Assembly: GCA_031285625.1 (NCBI GenBank)
Contig: JAITVV010000078.1
Coordinates: forward strand, 1-13,564
Reading direction: 5' to 3'
DNA: 13,564 bases
DNA from: Prevotella sp.
GTDB lineage: Bacteria > Bacteroidota > Bacteroidia > Bacteroidales > Dysgonomonadaceae
Shown here piece by piece: positions 8,152 to 13,564 of this stretch. Within the stretch, counting starts at the first letter, position 1. Each line of letters opens with the position of its first letter. The position numbers and the translations under genes are program-made. The notes beneath the pieces are model-generated. The model was not told the DNA's origin. It saw only the letters and a list, made by a program, of their open reading frames with translations, and ran no database searches.

Positions 8152-8196
8152 TTTGCCAAATGGCAAATGATTTCATTTTGTTAGTCTCTAACTTTG
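8152..8196 (+). promoter_or_regulatory. Candidate Crp/Fnr operator plus -7 box of the hydrolase promoter
   Basis: TTTGCCAAATGGCAAA (8152-8167), 21 nt, TAACTTTG (8189-8196). Confidence 0.7.
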
Positions 8197-8223
8197 TTTC
8201 ATAATTCTTAAAAACAATAAGAA

Positions 8224-9246
8224 ATGAAATCAAGAACATTAATTAAAATCGTATTTATTATGACTTTAGTAACAATGGTGGGCATGAACGCCCAAGCACA
8301 GTCCTATCCCGGTATTACAAATCCGATTACTTCGGTTTATCCGGTCACATTTGAAACATCCTATCGACAGGTGCCCCTTGAAGTGAAAGTTACTGTCCCT
8401 GTTAAAGGCGAAAATCTTCCGGTCATCCTCATTTCTCACGGTCATGGAGCCCCTTGGTATTTGGCGTCCTATCGAGGTATGTCACCTCTTGCCGATTATT
8501 ATGCTTCTAATGGCTTTGTGGTTATCCAACCAACCCATCAGGATTCAAGAATACTTGGTTTGGATAAGAACGGCCCCGAAGGTGCGCTATTCTGGAAATC
8601 AAGAGCCAAGGATATGATTTTCTGTATCGACCATATAGATGAACTACTTACTAACATTCCCGGTCTTGCACAAAGAACCGATAAAGATAAAATAGCCGCA
8701 GTCGGTTTTTCTATGGGTGGGCATACAATTTCAATGTTGGCAGGCATGCAATTACATGACCCTGTTTCCGGCAAAACTGTGACAAATGCTGAACCTCGCA
8801 TCAAAGCCTTTGTCTCATTGGGTGCACCGGGTAACGGAACCGATATAGCCGAATGGGCTGCCGAAAACTATCCTGCAACCAAAGGAACAGACTACTCTAC
8901 CATGACCCGCGATGCTTTGATTGTAGTAGGCGACCGCGACAAGAACCCTAATTTCTCCATGCGGGACAGTTGGCGTTTTGATATCTACAATACCTCCCCG
9001 GCTCCAAAAACTTTATTGAAACTCACTGATACCGGGCATATGCTTGGTGGAATTATGGGATGGGACGCTTTGGAAACCAATGCGACTAATGATGAAAACC
9101 CGGAAACGTTGAGATTCATACAACAAATGACAACCGCTTATCTTCGTTCCAAGTTGAACCCCAATGATAAATCCTGGGAAATTGCCGTAAGTGAATTAGC
9201 TAAAGCGGAAAACCCGAAAGGAAAGATAGAGATTAAGACAAAATAA
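8224..9246 (+). CDS. Exported alpha/beta hydrolase (chlorophyllase or PAF-acetylhydrolase-like fold)
   Basis: Sec-type signal peptide ending AQA, LPVILISHG, GFVVIQPTH, nucleophile elbow GFSMG, candidate Asp (VGDRD) and His (TGHMLGG). Confidence 0.88.
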   Translation: MKSRTLIKIVFIMTLVTMVGMNAQAQSYPGITNPITSVYPVTFETSYRQVPLEVKVTVPVKGENLPVILISHGHGAPWYLASYRGMSPLADYYASNGFVVIQPTHQDSRILGLDKNGPEGALFWKSRAKDMIFCIDHIDELLTNIPGLAQRTDKDKIAAVGFSMGGHTISMLAGMQLHDPVSGKTVTNAEPRIKAFVSLGAPGNGTDIAEWAAENYPATKGTDYSTMTRDALIVVGDRDKNPNFSMRDSWRFDIYNTSPAPKTLLKLTDTGHMLGGIMGWDALETNATNDENPETLRFIQQMTTAYLRSKLNPNDKSWEIAVSELAKAENPKGKIEIKTK

Positions 9247-9288
9247 AATCTACGCTTATTCAAAAAAGAGATAAAAATTATCCTTAAT

Positions 9289-9329
9289 GAATGCCTGATT
9301 TCGCACTATTAAGGTGTAAAATCAGGCTT
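9289..9329. repeat. 41-bp hairpin repeat, copy 1 (may also act as terminator)
   Basis: GAATGCCTGATTTCGCACTATTAAGGTGTAAAATCAGGCTT, 38/41 identical to 11880-11920. Confidence 0.85.
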
Positions 9330-9856
9330 TTTAATAACTTGTAAACAAATAGGTTTTAATATTCACTTTTAAAATTTATGCTTATGGACAGTTCATAATA
9401 TTCCCACCAGAAATCGTCATTTTGACTTAAGTGCTTGTATTTCTTATAGATATGTTTTTGAAAAAGAAGTAATCTCCCGCTATTGCTCCAAATTGAATTT
9501 CTACTTATTGAATATCAGGGCTTTAAGAAAGGGGGATGAACAATGGGTAACGATTTAGAAACGAGCGAACCGCTTTGGTCTGCTTAGTTTTCCATTGTTT
9601 CAAATAACTGTATGACAAAAATATGAAAATAAATAGGATATAGTTGGTTTTCTATCTAAATTATTTTATTATAATTCTTTATGGAAACCTTAATTTAGCC
9701 TCTTGCTAAACTAAGAGTGTTGAATTATAAAAAAAGCAAAAATATCAATGCTAGTATAGTATTCAATATAAAGACAGGTCAGCCGCAATCCTCTTTCAGG
9801 AAATTATTTAATTAATATGAGATTGGTATTCTACAAATATAAAAAAATAGACCCAG

Positions 9857-9921
9857 GTCACTTTGAACTACAATTAAGTCAAATCAAGCTACAAAAGTTA
9901 TAAACCAAATTCAGACATTTG
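9857..9921 (+). promoter_or_regulatory. Candidate AraC half-sites (21-bp period) plus weak -7 box
   Basis: GTCA-N7-CTACAA at 9857 and 9878; GACATTTG at 9914-9921. Confidence 0.55.
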
Positions 9922-9946
9922 TGTTATCAATATAAGAAAATTGAAT

Positions 9947-10870
9947 ATGAAAAAAATATTAGTAATAGGTGCTTCCGGTTTTGTTGGAAGCTACATTGTC
10001 GAAGAATTATTGACCAAAGGCTATACAGTACATTGTCTTGCTCGTAATCCTACTAAACTTAAAAGTTTGGCTGATAAGGGTTGTAAAATTTTTCAAGGGG
10101 ATATATTAGATCCGGTATCTTTGCAAAAAGCTACAGATTCAGTGGATGCCGTCTATATTTCGATCCATACCCTTTCACCCCAATCAGGTAATGAGAAGGA
10201 TATGAACTTTGCGGATGTAGAGTTGGAAGGTATACAAAACATTATATCCGCCTGTAAAACTAATGGAGTAAAAAGAGTAATTTATGTTACATTCTTAGGG
10301 TCAACTTCCGATTCTGATAATGCTTGGATAAGAGGACGTTGGGATGCCGAACAACTGTTATTCCACAGTGGACTCGATGCTACGGTTATCGGGCCGGGGA
10401 TGATTGTTGGTATAGGTGGTCAAGGTTATGATTCAATAGTTAATAACGCTAAAAAGGGTGTCGCATTTATATTAGGCTTCGGCAAGCAAAAATTCTCCAA
10501 TATTGCCATTACGGATTTAACTTATTATCTTGTTGGAATTCTTAACGATTCTCGGTCTTATGGGCAACGCTATGATGTAGGAGGGGACGAGATATTAACA
10601 ACGCCACAAATGATAGATATTGTCGCTGAGATATTGGGACGCCGTCATCCTAAAAAAATTTATATCCCGGTGTTCCCAATAAGATTTTTGGCGAGTGTTA
10701 TTGAACGAATGAGCAAAATGCCCAAAGGGGCAATAAAGAGTCTTATAAATAGTTTAAAAAGCGACGTATGTGGGGATACAAATCCGATAAAACGCATTTT
10801 GCCACGTCCACTACTAACTTTTCGTCAGGCATCTAAGCAAGCTTTAAAAAGACAGATTAACATAGATTAA
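9947..10870 (+). CDS. Atypical SDR / NAD(P)H-binding protein (NDUFA9/NmrA-like)
   Basis: MKKILVIGASGFVGS Rossmann motif, LARNP, GDILD, YDVGGDE. The ATG at 9947 is preferred to the TTG at 9941. Confidence 0.88.
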   Translation: MKKILVIGASGFVGSYIVEELLTKGYTVHCLARNPTKLKSLADKGCKIFQGDILDPVSLQKATDSVDAVYISIHTLSPQSGNEKDMNFADVELEGIQNIISACKTNGVKRVIYVTFLGSTSDSDNAWIRGRWDAEQLLFHSGLDATVIGPGMIVGIGGQGYDSIVNNAKKGVAFILGFGKQKFSNIAITDLTYYLVGILNDSRSYGQRYDVGGDEILTTPQMIDIVAEILGRRHPKKIYIPVFPIRFLASVIERMSKMPKGAIKSLINSLKSDVCGDTNPIKRILPRPLLTFRQASKQALKRQINID

Positions 10871-10911
10871 GAATAAGAAAAATTGGATAAAAAAAATATT
10901 ATCTTCTATAG

Positions 10912-11829
10912 ATGAAATACTCCCAACCATATCATTTAAAGACAATTAATCAATATCATAAACTTATGGGTTTGCCCAAGCCAGAAAATCCTTTAATAAG
11001 TTTGGTTAATCTGAAATCAATTGTCGAACCTTCATTCGATAAATCTATCAGTATGGTTTATGATTTTTATAGTATTTCACTTAAAAGATATTCCAATATT
11101 AAATTGGGATATGGACAACAAGAAAGTGAATCTGACGAAGGAACTTTGTTTTTTACCGCACCAGGACAGATTCTTCATATAAATATTGACAACCCTGACG
11201 AAGTTAAAGTTGATGGAAGAATTTTGTTCGTTCACCCCGATATGTTATGGAATACATCATTAGCCAAAACTATAAAAAAATATGACTTCTTTGACTACTC
11301 TGCTAATGAAGCATTATTACTTTCGGAAAAAGAGGAATCCTTAATTATTGGACTTTTACAAGATATTGCGCAGGAATATTCCAATATAGACAACTATAGT
11401 GAGGATATAATAATAGCCCAATTGGAGCTGTTGCTTGCTTATGCTGATAGATTCTATCATCGACAATTTTTGACAAGAAAGAAATACAACCATAGGATAC
11501 TAAATCATGTAGAAGAATTGTTGAATCTCTATTTTAGAGAAGACATAGTTATAGCAAAAGGGTTACCTACAGTACAATATATTTCCCAAGAATTAAATAT
11601 TTCACCTTGCTATTTAAGCAGGCTCCTTAAAACTATAACAGGACAAACGACTCAACAACTAATCCAGGAAAAGATAATAACAATAGCTAAAGAAAAACTA
11701 ACCACTACTGATTTATCGGTCAGTGAAATCGCATATGAACTCGGTTTTGAACACTCTCAATCATTTAACAAATTCTTTAAAGTCAAGACGCAGTTATCCC
11801 CTTTAGAATTTAGAAGATTGTTCAATTAA
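10912..11829 (+). CDS. AraC-family transcriptional regulator
   Basis: C-terminal double HTH (LPTVQYISQELNISPCYLSRLLK..SVSEIAYELGFEHSQSFNKFFK..SPLEFR). Confidence 0.95.
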   Translation: MKYSQPYHLKTINQYHKLMGLPKPENPLISLVNLKSIVEPSFDKSISMVYDFYSISLKRYSNIKLGYGQQESESDEGTLFFTAPGQILHINIDNPDEVKVDGRILFVHPDMLWNTSLAKTIKKYDFFDYSANEALLLSEKEESLIIGLLQDIAQEYSNIDNYSEDIIIAQLELLLAYADRFYHRQFLTRKKYNHRILNHVEELLNLYFREDIVIAKGLPTVQYISQELNISPCYLSRLLKTITGQTTQQLIQEKIITIAKEKLTTTDLSVSEIAYELGFEHSQSFNKFFKVKTQLSPLEFRRLFN

Positions 11830-11879
11830 TATGAATTTGAGGAGAGATAGAGGTTAAACAAAATAAAACCAACGCACGA

Positions 11880-11920
11880 GAATGCCTGATTTCGCACTAT
11901 TGGGGTGTAAAATTAGGCTT
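11880..11920. repeat. 41-bp hairpin repeat, copy 2
   Basis: GAATGCCTGATTTCGCACTATTGGGGTGTAAAATTAGGCTT. Confidence 0.85.
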
Positions 11921-11946
11921 AATAGCTTGTTAATATTAATATGTTG

Positions 11947-12007
11947 GATTTGGCTATATCAAAGATAGATTTGATTAGAATTGCTTTCTATATATTGCCG
12001 AACTTTG
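11947..12007 (+). promoter_or_regulatory. Candidate AraC half-sites (21-bp period) plus weak -7 box
   Basis: GATTTGGCTA at 11947 and GATTTGATTA at 11968; GAACTTTG at 12000-12007. Confidence 0.55.
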
Positions 12008-12038
12008 CACAGGATAAGAACTTTGAAAATAAATTCAT

Positions 12039-12896
12039 ATGGAAAATAATTTGAAAAATCAAATATACCTCCTAACGGGAGGAACGTCAGGAGTTGGAAA
12101 AGCCACAGCAATTGGTCTTGCACAAAAAGGAGCTAAGATTGTCATTATTAGTCGCGATGCCCGGAACGCGGAGAAAGTATTAAATGAAATTGCTCAAAGA
12201 ACGGGAAATGAGCGAGGCGAATATCTGGTGGCTGACTTATCATTGCAATCATCAATCAGAAAAGTCGCGGATGAATTTAAACAGAAGTATGACAATTTAC
12301 ATGTTCTTGCAAATCTGGCCGGTAAACTTTCCTTCGAGAAGCAAATTACCCCGGAAGGTATCGAAAGTTCTTTTGGAGTCAATTACCTAAGTCATTTTCT
12401 ATTAACAAATCAGTTGCTTGACATTCTGAAAGATAGTAGTCCGTCAAGGATAATTACGGTTGGAGGTAATCCTAGCTTCATAAAACACGCTAAAATTAAT
12501 TTTGATGATCTGCAAAGTGTCGATCATTTCAACGGAATGAAATCCGTATCACAAGCAATGTATGCAAGGGTATTTTTTGCATTTGAGTTAGCCCGGAGAT
12601 TACAGGGAGAAAATATTACTTCAAATGTTTTCAATCCGGGCGTTATCAAATCGAACTTAACGGCAAATGCACCTTGGTATATGAAAATATTAGCTGCATT
12701 TTATAAGCCTTTCGAGAAAGACATCTGCGAAATAGGCGTGTATTTGGCTACTGATCCGGACATTCAAAATATTTCAGGTGTATTTTTTAATGACAAAAAG
12801 CAGATTGTGCCGTTTCATGAAGAGTTCGACCCGAACATAGGACAAGAGTTATGGGCAATCAGCGAACAGCTTACAAATAGAAAAACAGTTTATTAA
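12039..12896 (+). CDS. Short-chain dehydrogenase/reductase-fold protein (retinol dehydrogenase-like) with a non-canonical active site
   Basis: TGGTSGVG, ADLS, NLAG, FGVNYLSHFLLT, SRIITV, FNPGVIKS, ELWAISEQL; no YxxxK at the expected position. Confidence 0.9.
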   Translation: MENNLKNQIYLLTGGTSGVGKATAIGLAQKGAKIVIISRDARNAEKVLNEIAQRTGNERGEYLVADLSLQSSIRKVADEFKQKYDNLHVLANLAGKLSFEKQITPEGIESSFGVNYLSHFLLTNQLLDILKDSSPSRIITVGGNPSFIKHAKINFDDLQSVDHFNGMKSVSQAMYARVFFAFELARRLQGENITSNVFNPGVIKSNLTANAPWYMKILAAFYKPFEKDICEIGVYLATDPDIQNISGVFFNDKKQIVPFHEEFDPNIGQELWAISEQLTNRKTVY

Positions 12897-12898
12897 AG

Positions 12899-13397
12899 AT
12901 GAAAGATATAAACCTCCATAGAATTAAAACTATTAACGAATACCATCAGTTTATGGGGCATTCTAGGCCTCTTCATCCTCTGATTAGTGTGATAAATTTA
13001 GACTTAATCCAAGATGTTCCATTTGAGGAACCGCTAAAACTGGTCTATGACTTTTATTGTATTACACTTAAAAAAAATATTGGAATAAAATATAGTTACG
13101 GGCAACAGGAATACGACTTTCATGATGGAACAATGTTTTTTATGGCGCCCAATCAGGTGTTCGGATTTCTGGTCGATAAAAAACAAACTATTCAACTATC
13201 GGGGTGGGCACTGCTTGTACATCCAGATTTTCTATGGGGTACAACTTTGGCGAAAGATATAAAAAAATTCGATTATTTCGATTATTCAGCCAATGAAGCC
13301 CTACATCTTTCAGAAAAAGAGGAAAACCTTGTAACAAATATAGTCAGGATTATCGAACAGGAATATAATTCCAGTATTGACAAATTCAGTCAAGGAA
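12899..13397 (+). pseudogene. AraC-family regulator truncated by IS insertion (HTH domains missing here)
   Basis: Collinear with 10912-11829 (YDFY.I.LK, VHPD.LW.T.LAK.IKK.D.FDYSANEAL.LSEKEE) until IDKFSQG, then runs into IS21 end sequence. Confidence 0.9.
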
Positions 13398-13406
13398 TGT
13401 ATAATA

Positions 13407-13452
13407 TAATTGAAAAGTAGTCCACTTAGTAATTGAAAAGTATACCACTAAG
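13407..13452. repeat. Tandem IS21 transposase-binding repeats
   Basis: TAATTGAAAAGTAGTCCACTTAG (13407-13429) and TAATTGAAAAGTATACCACTAAG (13430-13452), 20/23 identical. Confidence 0.88.
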
Positions 13453-13480
13453 TGTCTCGGCTGAGATTGGTTAAAGATAT

Positions 13481-13564
13481 TTATTCTTCATTAGGTTGTA
13501 ACATTTTTTTAGTTTCTTTAACTCTGTAAGACTGTCCATTCATATTGATAAGATATGCTTTATG
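13481..13564 (-). CDS. istB: IS21 helper ATPase IstB, C-terminal fragment
   Basis: Manual translation HKAYLINMNGQSYRVKETKKMLQPNEE*, matching the IstB terminal H....i.m.G.SYR motif; not in the ORF track. Confidence 0.85.
   Translation of the reverse strand, partial: HKAYLINMNGQSYRVKETKKMLQPNEE

Larger units (their letters stand above)
5784..13564 (+). mobile_element. Integrative island at the tRNA-Val 3' end, probably immobilised; right boundary not in window
   Basis: Tyrosine integrase about 290 nt downstream of the tRNA, followed by accessory regulator-enzyme genes and an IS. No second copy of the tRNA 3' end was noticed. Confidence 0.7.
13398..13564 (-). mobile_element. IS21-family element, right end (partial)
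   Basis: Terminal TG at 13398, tandem 23-bp subterminal repeats and an IstB C-terminus on the minus strand. Confidence 0.88.

Noticed and set aside
8538-12390. Small nested ORFs 8538-8804, 12184-12390 and 12194-12382
   Set aside because: Nested within well-supported genes with no motifs.
13407-13452. Tandem repeat as a CRISPR array
   Set aside because: Two abutting copies with no spacer and no cas genes; explained as IS21 end repeats. The 41-bp repeats are 2.6 kb apart and are not CRISPR either.

Overview
AT-rich DNA from a Bacteroidota (probably Bacteroidales) genome, judged from repeated TAnnTTTG -7 promoter boxes and gene content. It has three parts. (1) A complete ISL3/ISAon1-type insertion sequence at 1-1392 with perfect 25-bp terminal inverted repeats and a transposase split over two frames. 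(2) A core block: tRNA(CAT, probably Ile2), a membrane protein, purD, a tcdA-like ThiF protein, a small membrane protein, a degenerate tRNA-Gly-like gene and tRNA-Val(TAC). (3) A decaying island downstream of tRNA-Val: a frameshifted tyrosine integrase followed by three regulator-enzyme modules (Crp/Fnr + secreted alpha/beta hydrolase; atypical SDR + AraC; SDR + AraC), each with its own candidate operator and separated by a repeated 41-bp hairpin. The last AraC is cut by an IS21-family element that runs off the window. The most unusual observations are the tRNA-Gly-like RNA with intact stems but lost loop invariants, two SDRs lacking YxxxK each coupled to an AraC, and the repeat-delimited modular layout. 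All family calls come from motif recognition by eye; no searches were run.
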